From Thermoplasmata archaeon (lineage in GTDB: Archaea; Thermoplasmatota; Thermoplasmata; Lutacidiplasmatales; UBA184), in NCBI GenBank assembly GCA_022750055.1, contig JAKIWL010000002.1, positions 409,729 to 473,728 on the forward strand: a DNA stretch of 64,000 nucleotides, given 5' to 3'. Position numbers and translations under genes: made by a program. Positions 25,335 through 35,944 of the stretch are shown piece by piece (positions within the stretch are counted from its first letter, which is position 1; every line of letters begins with the position of its first letter). Below the pieces are notes generated by a model, which saw only the letters and a list, made by a program, of their open reading frames with translations, was not told where the DNA came from and did not search any database.

Positions 25335-27806
25335 TCAATCGAGCGGGGGCCGAGACGTAAGTTTCGGAGGATCTACGAGCACGGCATAGTCCCGGCCCTC
25401 CCAGGTCCCACGGCTCGGCCAGTAGAAGGTGAACACCAGCCCCCGCCCGGGGCGTTCGACCGTCGAGAGCTCCACGAAGTGGATCCCCAGCCCCGTTTCC
25501 GTTGACGGGGTATCCTGAGGCGTATTCCACTCGTCGTCCGACCAGTGGAGACGGAACGGTTCCGGCGCCTGGATCCTAAGGACCGGGCCGCTCGGAACAT
25601 GGGCGGGCCGGTAGTGCGGTTTCCAGACCTCGACGTTCGGCTTCGGATGGTTTCCGTGGATGTAGCGTTCCTGGACCTCGGCGAGGCAGGAGAAGACCCG
25701 ACCGTCCGAGATCGACCGCAATAGCTCGAGGTATTCGGCGTGGGCCCAGACCAGCGGCATCGCCGCCGTGGTGGGACGGCCAAGATGGAGGTGGAGGTCC
25801 GGCCGATCCTCCTGGTCCCACACCTGTTCGGGGAGGAGCCCGGTACGCGAGGCGAACCGTTCGAGGGCATGCAACAGGTGGCCCGGGTCGCGCCCTCTCG
25901 CCAGTTCGAAGTGCCCGCGTTCTCCCGTCAAGAGCGGCCAGGCCCGTCCCACCCCGTCGGTCAGGAAGGGACCTCCGTCGTCCCGTTGGCCGTATCCGTC
26001 GTGGTTGTAGCGGTGCCAGCACGGGCCGAGCGGGGTCTCGACCTTGAGGACCCGGTCGATGACCTTCACGGATCGGGCGATGGTCGGATCGTGAGGGGAT
26101 CGGACCCCATGGCGAACCAGCTCGAGAAACCCGGCGTCGACGACCTCCTGGACGGGAAAGTCGTTCGGGGCGTCGGCGGGAAGGTTGGCGATGCGGACCG
26201 ACCCGTCGTTGGCCGGGCCCTCGACGAACGATTCCATCGGATCCGCGGGTCGGATGCGGACGTAATGCCTTGCGATCTCGGGGACGAGCGTCCCTCGGGT
26301 GGTCACGGTCCACCGCTCGATGTGGTCGTTGAGCCAGTCCGCATACTCCTCGATGAAGCGGGCCAGATTCTCATCGTGACGGTCGCGGGCGAAGGTGGCC
26401 ACGACGATCAGGGCCGCCACGTTCGACGCGAGGGTCGACGGCGAGTACCCGGCGAGCTCCTCCCATCGTTCCTGTTGGGTAGCCGGACCATAGTCGATGA
26501 GGAACCGTGCCGCGTTGCGAACCATCGGCCACGGGTCGAACTCACCGAGGGCCCCTTCACGGCGAAGCAGCCCGGCTAGGAGCACGGGGAACGCGACCTC
26601 GTCCAGTTGGATCGCCCCGTAGAACGCCTCACCGTTGAGCCAGGAGTTCTGGGGGAAGCTTCCGTCCTCCCGCTGGCTTCCCGCGAGGTAGATGAGGCTG
26701 CGGAGCGCCGCCTCTCGATTTCCGGCGGCCAGGAGCCCGATCGCGGAGTGGACGAGGTCGCGAGTCCATATCAGGTGGTATCCTCCCCGGTCATCGTCCC
26801 CGTGGGCCTGCCCCCAGGGGATCGACAGGGAGGCGATGCGCGCCCCCGGGTAGGTCTTGTCCTCGTGGGCGAGGATGAGGCTGTGGGAGCTGTGGAATAG
26901 ATTTCCCTTGTCTCCCGCGTGCTGGCCTAACGGGAGAAGGTCCCGGCAGACGCGCTTCCAGCCGTCGCGGAATCGTTTCTGATGCTCCTCAAAGGGGGTG
27001 GACAACGACTGCATCAAGGTCGTGATCGCGCTCGAGATGTCCCGGCCGAACGCGAGCCCTACGGTGAACTCGTCCCCGACCGTGGCGTCCAGCTCGCCCG
27101 TGAGAGCGATGTTCCCGTCGGTCGCGCGGTCGAACTCGTAGTCCATGAGGTAGTTCTCAGCGAGGTCGGTCCACCCATCGGACCGACCCACAAACCCGAC
27201 GCTCGACCGGCGGAACGGGCAACTGGCTCCGAGGGCGAGCCAGTAACGATTCCGGTGGGCCACGAGGAACTCCCGACCCGCTTGTTGGACGACGTACCCA
27301 TCATTGCCCCATCCCGCGACCCCCAAGTGGGGTGCAAGCAAGGCGTAGACCGACATCTCCGTCGGGGTCCCGAGCCCCGGATGGATCCGGGTCCGCTGGA
27401 GGACCGCCGGGAGCGTCGGATCTGTGATGATCTCCTTCTCGAGCCGGTATCGGTCCGAGGGAGCCTGGGAGTTCACTCGGTAGCCGAGGGAGTGCTCGGT
27501 CAGCCGATGGACCGTCGCCTTCAGGTGGCGCTTCTCCTCGTGGAAGAACGACTTCCCGTCACTCACGAGGAACTGCAGGTCGCGGATCTGCGGTTGGTCG
27601 ATGAACGGGGTGTAGACCTCCGTGATCACGCCGCGCCAGATCGTGAACCAAATCTTGCTCGACGGGTACGGGCTCGTCCCCACCCCTTCCTTGTTGGCCT
27701 GCGTCCACCGAGGCTCCATCCCCGGCGCCCCGAATGCCTCCCGGTCTCCTCGGAAGCGCACGGGGTTATCCTGGTGGGCCCGAACGGGAGAAGGTGGCCC
27801 CGGCAA
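25335..27806 (-). CDS. GH15 glucoamylase/glucodextranase
   Basis: Glucodextranase-N region, ASLSIPWG, GGYHLIWTRD, QLDE, QERWEE, LLPEQVW, PLVWAHAEY; start uncertain. Confidence 0.9.
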   Translation of the reverse strand: MPGPPSPVRAHQDNPVRFRGDREAFGAPGMEPRWTQANKEGVGTSPYPSSKIWFTIWRGVITEVYTPFIDQPQIRDLQFLVSDGKSFFHEEKRHLKATVHRLTEHSLGYRVNSQAPSDRYRLEKEIITDPTLPAVLQRTRIHPGLGTPTEMSVYALLAPHLGVAGWGNDGYVVQQAGREFLVAHRNRYWLALGASCPFRRSSVGFVGRSDGWTDLAENYLMDYEFDRATDGNIALTGELDATVGDEFTVGLAFGRDISSAITTLMQSLSTPFEEHQKRFRDGWKRVCRDLLPLGQHAGDKGNLFHSSHSLILAHEDKTYPGARIASLSIPWGQAHGDDDRGGYHLIWTRDLVHSAIGLLAAGNREAALRSLIYLAGSQREDGSFPQNSWLNGEAFYGAIQLDEVAFPVLLAGLLRREGALGEFDPWPMVRNAARFLIDYGPATQQERWEELAGYSPSTLASNVAALIVVATFARDRHDENLARFIEEYADWLNDHIERWTVTTRGTLVPEIARHYVRIRPADPMESFVEGPANDGSVRIANLPADAPNDFPVQEVVDAGFLELVRHGVRSPHDPTIARSVKVIDRVLKVETPLGPCWHRYNHDGYGQRDDGGPFLTDGVGRAWPLLTGERGHFELARGRDPGHLLHALERFASRTGLLPEQVWDQEDRPDLHLHLGRPTTAAMPLVWAHAEYLELLRSISDGRVFSCLAEVQERYIHGNHPKPNVEVWKPHYRPAHVPSGPVLRIQAPEPFRLHWSDDEWNTPQDTPSTETGLGIHFVELSTVERPGRGLVFTFYWPSRGTWEGRDYAVLVDPPKLTSRPPLD

Positions 27807-28089
27807 CCTTCCCGCTCGGGCTTCCGGGCGGGGCCTGGACCGAGGAACGATCGGCCGTCCGACGGCCCGCGACGTGGCGCGACGACGGGGGCCGCTCGAA
27901 ATGGCGAGGGAGGATTCCCCCGCTGTGGGTCCCTGACGAGGGCCTCTCGACCCCGCGACCCGGTCGCGGCGGCATGAGGGGGTTCGGGGTCCCGGCCATC
28001 CTTCGGTAAGCCGGGCGTTCGGGGGGCATCTGCCCAGTCCACGACGCTGCCCACTTAAGGTGGTTTCAGAGGACTCGGGGGGTCACCGT

Positions 28090-29940
28090 TTACGGGACGC
28101 TCATGGTTTCACGATAGCGATAAACGAGTTCGAGAAACGCAGCATGGGACCAGGTGAGAGGCGTTGCACTCTTCGGCTCGCCCGTCCGGGCGTCGACCTG
28201 CTCTGGGAGGAGACCCGAGGCCGGGGTGTGTTGCACGACCCAGTCGATGAGTTCGCGACCCCGCGTTCGGTTCCCCATCCGTAGGTGGGCCGCCGACAGC
28301 CACAGCGTGCAGACGATCCACGGGTTCTCGTGACCGTAGTATCCGTCGTCCTCGTACCGCGCGAGGCCACCGACCTCCTTCGACCACAATCGCTCGGTCA
28401 CCGCGTCCACCGTGCTGCGGAATCGCGGGTCGTCGTGGGGCAGGAGGTTGAGATCGAGCGCGAGCAATAGCGAGGCGTCGATCCGTTCGTCCCGAGGCGC
28501 GAGGGAACGGATGAATCGCCCGAGCTTCGGGTCCCACAGATGCTCCAGGACCCCGCGTCGGATCTCCTGGGAGGCGATCCGCCATCGGGGGTAGTCCTTC
28601 CCGAGCGTCTCGGCGATCCGCGCCGCGCCCTCTAGCGCGTGTGCCACCGCGGCCGACGAATAGGCATGGACCCCGAATCGCTCCTCCCAGAGGTCGAAAC
28701 TGGCCGCTGAGAGGCCGGTCGCCTCGTCGCGGAAATCCGTGAGGAAGTTCGCCGCCCGTTTGACCATGGGCCAGAGTTCGAGGAAGGTATCCGGGTCCGC
28801 GCCTCGCTCTAGATGGTGCCAAGCAGCCGCCACAACGCTCGCCGTCTGGTCGACCTGCACGAACGGGGGAGGATGCCAGGTGCTTCCGATCTCCCCGTCC
28901 GGGAAGTGGCGGTGCACGAACGCCCCGTCCGGGCTTTGGCACTGCAGCGCGAAGTGCAGGAAGCGGTCGGCGTATTCTCCCATACCAGAATCGTCCATCG
29001 CCATGCTGACGTAACCCCCGTCCCGCCACCAGCAGTAGTTGTACGAGTCGCCGCCGATGGCGAGGGAACGAGAGTCGGGGGAGGCGATGATCGACCCGTT
29101 CGTTCCGGAACAATGCTTTAGGACGAGCACGCTCGACCGGACGAGCCGACGGATCGGCTCGCCGAAGCCGCTCACCCGGCTCCCGAGGTGTCGCGGGACC
29201 CACGCGTCCCAGAACGCCTTCGATTCCGACTCGTACCGAGCGAGGCCCCCCGCCCGTACCTCGTCGCGCAATCGATGGACCGCCGCTGGCCCTCGGTCGA
29301 TCGCGAGGACGATCCGGACCGCCGATTCGACCTTGGGGGCGAGATGGACGTCCCACTGAAGGACCGAATCGGCCGCGCCGTGGGCGATCGTGCGGCCTTC
29401 GAGGCGGCCGTCCTCGGCGTCGACATAGCTCCCCTTGAGCCCCTTCAGGGTATGCTCCCCGCAGACGGCTCGGTCGAACGCGGGATCGCCGAAGAGCTCG
29501 AAGTAGTAGCCGCGCTTGTAGTGGACAAGGGACCAGCTCGTCGGGTCGAGGTAGGCGGTCTCCTGATACATCGATTCGGTGATCATGAACGATTGGTACG
29601 AGAACAGACGCAGGCGTCGCTCCTGCTCGCTCTCCATGCGGACGACCCGCACCACGAGGTTGTGGTTCGGGTGTACGATCTCCTCGGTCGTCAGGGTGAG
29701 CCCGTCCCCCTTCCAGAGAGTCGACGGGTAGGAATCCGAACCGGGAATGGGGCCGAGATAGGCTAACCCGTTCCCCGGCCGGAGCCACTGGAATCGGCTC
29801 CGTGTCTCGTCCCAGAACCCGAGTCGAGCCTCTCGGAGGTGCTGGAACTGCCCCGGGTACGGGTAGAAGAGGTTCTCCCACTCGCCGGAGTCGTTGAGCG
29901 TCAGCAGGATGCGACCGTTCCCGGCAAGTTGGGTGATCAT
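28090..29940 (-). CDS. GH15 family glycoside hydrolase (glucoamylase-like)
   Basis: SYNYCWWRDG, QVDQTA, DLWEE, LLPEQVD, PLTWSHA. Confidence 0.9.
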   Translation of the reverse strand: MITQLAGNGRILLTLNDSGEWENLFYPYPGQFQHLREARLGFWDETRSRFQWLRPGNGLAYLGPIPGSDSYPSTLWKGDGLTLTTEEIVHPNHNLVVRVVRMESEQERRLRLFSYQSFMITESMYQETAYLDPTSWSLVHYKRGYYFELFGDPAFDRAVCGEHTLKGLKGSYVDAEDGRLEGRTIAHGAADSVLQWDVHLAPKVESAVRIVLAIDRGPAAVHRLRDEVRAGGLARYESESKAFWDAWVPRHLGSRVSGFGEPIRRLVRSSVLVLKHCSGTNGSIIASPDSRSLAIGGDSYNYCWWRDGGYVSMAMDDSGMGEYADRFLHFALQCQSPDGAFVHRHFPDGEIGSTWHPPPFVQVDQTASVVAAAWHHLERGADPDTFLELWPMVKRAANFLTDFRDEATGLSAASFDLWEERFGVHAYSSAAVAHALEGAARIAETLGKDYPRWRIASQEIRRGVLEHLWDPKLGRFIRSLAPRDERIDASLLLALDLNLLPHDDPRFRSTVDAVTERLWSKEVGGLARYEDDGYYGHENPWIVCTLWLSAAHLRMGNRTRGRELIDWVVQHTPASGLLPEQVDARTGEPKSATPLTWSHAAFLELVYRYRETMSVP

Positions 29941-29974
29941 TTCGGCGCGGACACTCCCGCGCGGACCGACTCCG

Positions 29975-31156
29975 TCATGGTGCCAGCCGCTCGATCGCCC
30001 GCCGTCTCAGGTCCGTCAGGGCGTTCATATAATTGGCGTAGGCATCGTACGGGCTACCGTACGCACTGAAGTACTGATGGACCCCCGCGTCCGCTCCATG
30101 ACCCCCGACGTACATGTAATAGAAGTGGTCGGAGGTCAGGAGGCGTCGCCACACCTCGAGTATCTCCGGATCCCGGGCACGTCGGGCGAGAACGCCCACC
30201 TTCTTCGCCGCCTCGAACGCCGATCGCTGGAGGTCGTTCCCGAGCCAAGCGCCCAGGTCCCGATTCTGGTCCGCCCAGCTGATGGTCACCGGGACGCTCA
30301 CCGGCCCCCGATCGGGTAGGTCGAGCGCATCCTCGACGGTCGCCCACTCGAGACCCGGGGATCGCCGCACGCTCCGCGGGAGGGCCGACAGAAAATCGAG
30401 GATCCCGCTCGAGGCGGGATGGTGCTCCCCGAAGGTCTCGAAGTCCATGAACAGGTTGACGACCTCCCCCGGAGTGGAGGCGAGCCACTGCACGTACTTT
30501 TCGCTCGTCAGCGGGTATTCTGACCAGCCCTTCGAGGAGAATCGGAAACCGACATCATCGCTCAGCCGGTAGTGGCGGGGCAACAACCGGACCGAGGGCG
30601 CCGAGGCGGCGGAGTAGACGTGCGTCGAGGGTCGGTCTCCGAGAACGCCTTCCCACCCTTCCATCAGCATGCCCCGGAAGGAACCCTGCTGGGCGAACAG
30701 CGCGAGGTCGTCGGAATACGCGAGCTCGGTCATCCGAAGCACCTTCGGCTGCACGCCGAACTCGGCGCGTAGAGCGGCGCGGTGCCGGTCCACTTCCTCC
30801 TGGAGCTCCGGAGGCGGGAGCAGGAAAGCGAGGGAGTGATAGTACGTCTCGGACAGGAGGGCGACCCGTTTCGTCTCCACGACCTCCCGGAGCAGCTCGA
30901 GCACGTCGGGGGCCGCGCGCTCGGCCTGCTCCAGGAACGTGCCCGTTACGCTCAGACTGAACCGAAACTCCGAGAACTCCCGGAGCGCCATCGACAGCCG
31001 CGAGAGGGCGGGTCGGTAGCATCGGTCGGCGATGCCGCGAAAGATCTCGAGGTTCCGTCGCTCGTCGACGTAAGGTCGGCCCGACCCCAGGTCGACGTAT
31101 CGGAACCGGCCGAGCCGCCAGGGCTGGTGCATGTGCAAGTACAGGACCAGTTTCAA
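29975..31156 (-). CDS. GH57 alpha-amylase-like protein
   Basis: HMHQP, ETYYHSL, RMTELAY, FMDFETFGEH, LTSDHFYYM. Confidence 0.92.
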   Translation of the reverse strand: MKLVLYLHMHQPWRLGRFRYVDLGSGRPYVDERRNLEIFRGIADRCYRPALSRLSMALREFSEFRFSLSVTGTFLEQAERAAPDVLELLREVVETKRVALLSETYYHSLAFLLPPPELQEEVDRHRAALRAEFGVQPKVLRMTELAYSDDLALFAQQGSFRGMLMEGWEGVLGDRPSTHVYSAASAPSVRLLPRHYRLSDDVGFRFSSKGWSEYPLTSEKYVQWLASTPGEVVNLFMDFETFGEHHPASSGILDFLSALPRSVRRSPGLEWATVEDALDLPDRGPVSVPVTISWADQNRDLGAWLGNDLQRSAFEAAKKVGVLARRARDPEILEVWRRLLTSDHFYYMYVGGHGADAGVHQYFSAYGSPYDAYANYMNALTDLRRRAIERLAP

Positions 31157-32613
31157 CGGCGCCCCCGCGTCACGAGCTCGAAGTAGACGCCGACGGTCTG
31201 GATCGCCCGCTCCTCCCAGCCCTCTCGGGTCGCCGAGACCCGACCCGCCTCCCCCATAGTGTGACGAAGGGCCGGATACGCCAGCAGCTCGGAGATGCGG
31301 CTCGCGAACTCGTCGATGTCCCAGAAATCCACGGTGAACACGCTGTTGGTGATCTCGGCGACCCCGCTGGTCTTCGAGACGATCGCCGGGACGCCGGCGG
31401 CCATGGCCTCGAGGGCGGCGATCCCGAACGGTTCGACGACGCTGGGCAAGACGAAGACCGAGGTCGAGGTGAGAAGGGTCGTCCGTTCCTCATCGGTGAC
31501 CCGGCCCAGGAACATGACCTGCTCGGAGAGGTTCAGGTGCGCCGCCAGGGCGAGGAGCCGCGGGAACTCCGGTCCCTCCCCTGCGACGACGAACAGCGCA
31601 TCGGGTACGGCCGGGGCCACCCGGGCTGCGGCCCTCAGGAAGGTGTCCACCCCTTTCATCGCGGCGAGCCGTCCCAGGTAGAGCACGACCTTGCGACCCC
31701 CGGTCACGGCCGAAAGGCGTTCGCTGGGTCGCACCGCGTTGTACACCACACGGACCTTGTCGGGAGCGGCACGGTATTGCCTGACCAGCTGACTCTTGAG
31801 ATGGCGACTGACGGCGATGACCCGGTCGGCTCGGTCGATCCCGGTCTGCTCCCTCGCCAGGATCTGCTTCCAGGGGTGTCCGAGGGACCGGTCGTACTCC
31901 GTGGAGTGCACCGTCAGGACGAAGGGCAGCGAGAGCCGATGGGCGAGGCGGGCCGCACCGACCGCGCCAAACCAATCGTGCGCGTGGAGGATGTCATACC
32001 CGTCGTCGGGGAGGCCCGCGATCCATCGGTTGAACCGATCGATGTCGTCGTCGCCCCAACCTCCGGAGGGGGACCCATGGATCTCGTAGGCGCCCGGATA
32101 CGGCGTCGAGCCGGCGTCGTGGGGGGTCCGGAAGGAGACCCCCGGAATCTCGGTGCGGGCTCCCTCGAACGGAAGCAGGAAAGTGATACGGTGGCCCATC
32201 CGGGCGAGCTCCTGGCATAGCTCGAACACGTGAACGCCGAGGCCCCCCGAGTGGCTGGGTGGCCACTCCCAGCCGATCATCAGGACGTGGAGCGTTCGTT
32301 CGACCACCCGGATCGGGCGAGCGGAGGGCGGCTCGACGGTCCGTTGCCAGACCAATTGGGAGGTAAAGGGTTCGAGCTCCTGCTTCGAGGCCCGTCGACG
32401 TCGCCTCGGTCGACTCGGTCCAGCGCGAGCGCTCTTGGGAGGGGCCGGCGACCTTCCAACGAGTCGGGATCGGGATCGTGGGGTCCGCCGAGGCTTACGC
32501 CGACGCAGTTCGGGGGGATCTCCCCCGGGTGTACCCTCGGGGGGCAGGACCGGATGCGAACGCGGCATATTGGTCGAGCGTTCCGCCCCCTTCTCCGGGT
32601 GCGCGGAGCCCAT
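31153..32613 (-). CDS. GT4 glycosyltransferase (glycogen synthase-like)
   Basis: GWEWPP..SGGLG, HAHDW, VHSTEYDR, PSVVEPFGIAALEA; long basic N-terminal extension, start uncertain. Confidence 0.88.
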   Translation of the reverse strand: MGSAHPEKGAERSTNMPRSHPVLPPEGTPGGDPPELRRRKPRRTPRSRSRLVGRSPAPPKSARAGPSRPRRRRRASKQELEPFTSQLVWQRTVEPPSARPIRVVERTLHVLMIGWEWPPSHSGGLGVHVFELCQELARMGHRITFLLPFEGARTEIPGVSFRTPHDAGSTPYPGAYEIHGSPSGGWGDDDIDRFNRWIAGLPDDGYDILHAHDWFGAVGAARLAHRLSLPFVLTVHSTEYDRSLGHPWKQILAREQTGIDRADRVIAVSRHLKSQLVRQYRAAPDKVRVVYNAVRPSERLSAVTGGRKVVLYLGRLAAMKGVDTFLRAAARVAPAVPDALFVVAGEGPEFPRLLALAAHLNLSEQVMFLGRVTDEERTTLLTSTSVFVLPSVVEPFGIAALEAMAAGVPAIVSKTSGVAEITNSVFTVDFWDIDEFASRISELLAYPALRHTMGEAGRVSATREGWEERAIQTVGVYFELVTRGRR

Positions 32614-32791
32614 GGGCCCTCAAGGCCCTTTGGCCGGCTGGACCGGACCACCCGGGGCCTCCCCGACCTTCCCCGGCCGGCCCGGACCGGGGGGCCCACC
32701 GTGCCCATCGTGACGAGATGCCTGAGCGTCCTCCCACGACGCTGAGGCCCAGAGGACCCCGCGGTCTCCCCCGCCGGTCGGACTCGGCACG

Positions 32792-35656
32792 CTACTTTCG
32801 ACCGCGAGCGCGGACGGCCAGGAAGACTCCGATTCCCACGATCAGGACGACGATCAAGAGGAGGACGACCATCCCCTGCGAACCGAACAACGCCCACGGC
32901 GAGGGGGACGATCCGGACGGCGCCGGACTGACCGAGACGGTCAGATCCGCGGTGGCCACCCCGCCGAGCGAATCCGTGACCGTGGCGACCACTTTGAACT
33001 GACCGGAGGCGATCGGACGGCAGGCCCAGGACGGATCCAATTGGATCGGGCAGCCCGTCGGTAGACCGGACCACGTGAAAGTGAACGGACCCGAGCCATC
33101 CACCACCAACGCCGAGAGGTTCAGGACCTCGCCGACGACCACCGAAGGCGGGGCCGCGACGATCGAGAGCTTAGGGCCAGCGACGACTACGACCTCCACG
33201 GTCCGGGAGGTCCCCCTGAACGAGAACGAATCGGAGACGGTGGCGGTGGTGTTGAAGGAGCCTGCGCCTCCGGGGGTACAGAGGAGGTCCGCCGTGTTCC
33301 TCCCGGCGCAACCGGTGGGGAGGCCGTTCCAGGAATAGGCGGGGGTCCCTACCCCGCCCGCCGCGGTCGCGGTGAACTCCACCGATTGGCCGACCTCGAT
33401 GGTCGAGGTGCTCGCGTTAACGCTCACGGATGGGTCCGGTTCGATGACGAACCCTGCCGACAGCTGCGTCTGTACCCCGACGGAGTCGGTCGCGGAGACG
33501 GTCAGCCGACCGACCCCCGCGGCGGTCGGGGTGCATGACAGGGTAGTGGATGGGGTGGGTGAACACCCAGGCGGCAGGCTCGACCAGAGGAACGAGGCCC
33601 CGCCGGAGCCGCCCGCGATGACGGCCTTCAACGTCACGGGGACTCCGACGTCGACCGGGAACGCCGGGCTAGCCGTATACGTCAGGCTCGGAGCGGGATG
33701 GACCGTCACGATCACTGGCGTGGCGCTCAGGTTGAGGGCGGGGGACCCGCTACAAGACGAGGAGTTGAAGACGTCGAGATACCCCCCCGCGCCGATAGTA
33801 AAGTTGCCGGCTGCGGAGAAGGTCACGGTTGCGTTGGCCGCGGTGAACGGCGAGGTGCACGTAACGTCGAGGTTCGAACCCACGAGCGGGATATGGACCC
33901 GGCAAGAATTTCCAGCGGAGCTGACGCAGGTTGAGTTGAGAAATCGGAAGGTCACCGTAGTGGATTGGCCCGCATCGAGAACGGTCGGTGCCGCGGAGAG
34001 GTGCACTTCCTGCCTTGCGGCGGCCGTCGAGTAGGTAGCCTCGGCGAAGGCGGTGCCCCAGGTGGCGCCCGTCGCCCCCACGAACTCGCCCGCCAGCCAA
34101 GCGTGTGTGTCGTTGGGGGTCCAGGCGGCGCCGAAGTAGTCCCCGTAGCGGCATGCCCCGTTCGAGCACAGACCCCCCGTCATGGCGCTGGTCCCGGCCC
34201 GCAGTAGCGTTGGCGGCGCGAAGGATCCGCTGGGGTCGGACGGGCCCCGACCGGTCGCATAGATGCTCGGGTAGACGGTCGAAGAGCTCTCACCGTACAC
34301 CATGAGGACGGTCCCGTCGGGACCGACCGCCACCGCCGGATAGAGCAGGTAGGCTTTCGCGACGCCGTAGTCGAAGTCTTTCACGATCGCCGGGGTCGAG
34401 GTGTTGATCTGGACGAATCGGACGCAGCCACGGTTTGTGACGTCCCCGGACGGTACGCACTGGTCGCTGAAGACCAACCAGATCGACCCGTGGCCGTACA
34501 CCGCCGACTGAATTCGCGGATCTCCCGGATCGAGAAGGTTCGTGCTGGATGGCATCGGGGCTCCGGGCGCGCCGGAGATGCTCGAAACCGTGAACGACAT
34601 GTTCGAGAACACGGGGGTGGCTGGCGGAACGCCGGTGACGCTCACTAGGTCGATCTGGTTCGATGCGAACGGATCGACCTGGACCATCCGGAGTGTCCCA
34701 TTCGGGGAGACCCCCTCGACGGGATGCAGGGAGTAGTCCACGCCCGAAGGTCCGTAGGCCTGGTAGGCCAAGACCCCGCCGGCGACCGCGCTCGACTTGT
34801 TGACGATCCAGAACTGCACGCCCAAAAGCGAGCTCCCGCTGAACAAGTTGACCGCGAGTCCGATGAGCGAGGAGGACAGTCCGAGGATCGGCTGGTCTCC
34901 GAGGTCTCCGGGCACATCGGGGAGCGAGTAGACCGTCCACGTTCCGCTCGCGTCCGACGAGCTCGAGACGGCGAGCACGTTGAAGACGGCGGTTTGAGCA
35001 GAGTTGATGTGCAGTATCGACGCGAACCAGCGATCCGATTCGTTGTCGTACAGGATCTTCGGGTCGGACAGGTAGTCGGTCCCGGTCTGGAAGAAGTTGC
35101 CGAGGTAGAAGGAGCCGCGGCTCGCCCCGGTCAGGTTGAAGATCTCCCCGTAGAGGTTGACGAACTCGACCTCTTGAGTGGGGCCAGAGGCGAATTGCAC
35201 ATCGGGAGGCGTCGTCATTCCGGCGGAGCTAAAATCGAGGCCGTTGGTTACATGGCTCAGAGAGACACTTCCCGACAGGGCGGGAGCGGCCGGCGGGGCA
35301 CGGACGAGCGCAAGGCTCGGCGCCGCCGGGCCCGCGAACCGAGCCCGGACATCCCATCCCGGCGGCGGGGAGAGGGTGCTCGGGGGGGGCGCAGCGCTAC
35401 CAAGGATGGTTCGAACCTCGACCGTACCGATCGGATTCGTCCTCCCGGGCAGCCCCCCGTGAGTGAGGAAGTCGATGGGTGACGTCATGACGGCCCGAGC
35501 GGCGCTTCGAAATTGGATAGGAGCCTCGGGTCGGTTGCCTGCCAACGCTCCGAGATGGACCGCCGGGATCAGGAGCAAGATCGCCACAAGGCTCACCAGG
35601 ACGTACGCCGACCTCCTGGAACGGATCGGAGCTGCGCTGCGCTCGGTCCCCGACAT
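32792..35656 (-). CDS. Secreted surface protein: propeller-like domain plus PKD/Ig-like repeats, C-terminal TM
   Basis: Signal peptide; PPDVQFASGP, DPKILYD..SDRWF, RYGDYFG; WxGLPxGC repeats; TM-RARGRK tail. Confidence 0.75.
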   Translation of the reverse strand: MSGTERSAAPIRSRRSAYVLVSLVAILLLIPAVHLGALAGNRPEAPIQFRSAARAVMTSPIDFLTHGGLPGRTNPIGTVEVRTILGSAAPPPSTLSPPPGWDVRARFAGPAAPSLALVRAPPAAPALSGSVSLSHVTNGLDFSSAGMTTPPDVQFASGPTQEVEFVNLYGEIFNLTGASRGSFYLGNFFQTGTDYLSDPKILYDNESDRWFASILHINSAQTAVFNVLAVSSSSDASGTWTVYSLPDVPGDLGDQPILGLSSSLIGLAVNLFSGSSLLGVQFWIVNKSSAVAGGVLAYQAYGPSGVDYSLHPVEGVSPNGTLRMVQVDPFASNQIDLVSVTGVPPATPVFSNMSFTVSSISGAPGAPMPSSTNLLDPGDPRIQSAVYGHGSIWLVFSDQCVPSGDVTNRGCVRFVQINTSTPAIVKDFDYGVAKAYLLYPAVAVGPDGTVLMVYGESSSTVYPSIYATGRGPSDPSGSFAPPTLLRAGTSAMTGGLCSNGACRYGDYFGAAWTPNDTHAWLAGEFVGATGATWGTAFAEATYSTAAARQEVHLSAAPTVLDAGQSTTVTFRFLNSTCVSSAGNSCRVHIPLVGSNLDVTCTSPFTAANATVTFSAAGNFTIGAGGYLDVFNSSSCSGSPALNLSATPVIVTVHPAPSLTYTASPAFPVDVGVPVTLKAVIAGGSGGASFLWSSLPPGCSPTPSTTLSCTPTAAGVGRLTVSATDSVGVQTQLSAGFVIEPDPSVSVNASTSTIEVGQSVEFTATAAGGVGTPAYSWNGLPTGCAGRNTADLLCTPGGAGSFNTTATVSDSFSFRGTSRTVEVVVVAGPKLSIVAAPPSVVVGEVLNLSALVVDGSGPFTFTWSGLPTGCPIQLDPSWACRPIASGQFKVVATVTDSLGGVATADLTVSVSPAPSGSSPSPWALFGSQGMVVLLLIVVLIVGIGVFLAVRARGRK

Positions 35657-35944
35657 TCTACCCCGTACAATTGCTATTGACGCGGTGGTCCCTATTTGAG
35701 GCGATTCCCCCTGCCTTGGGTCGGCCCGGACACCCCCACAGGGGCGAACGATTCCGCCAAGGAGTACCCGAGGGGACCCTGGCGGGTCAATACCCCTAGA
35801 AAAAAGCCTCCGAACGCCCCCCAGGGGGACGTTGCGGAGGAACTCTCGAATCGGAGTAGGGACCACTCGACCGCCCCGCTATCGCACGATCCCGTTCTGC
35901 CCGGACCTTGGGGTCCGGCCTGAGAGTGCAGGGCCCCCCCCGTT

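Noticed and set aside
27810-28060. CCAGGCCCCGCCCGGAAG on the minus strand resembling SRP RNA helix 8
   Set aside because: Spacing and the following AGCA motif do not match; no supporting helices seen
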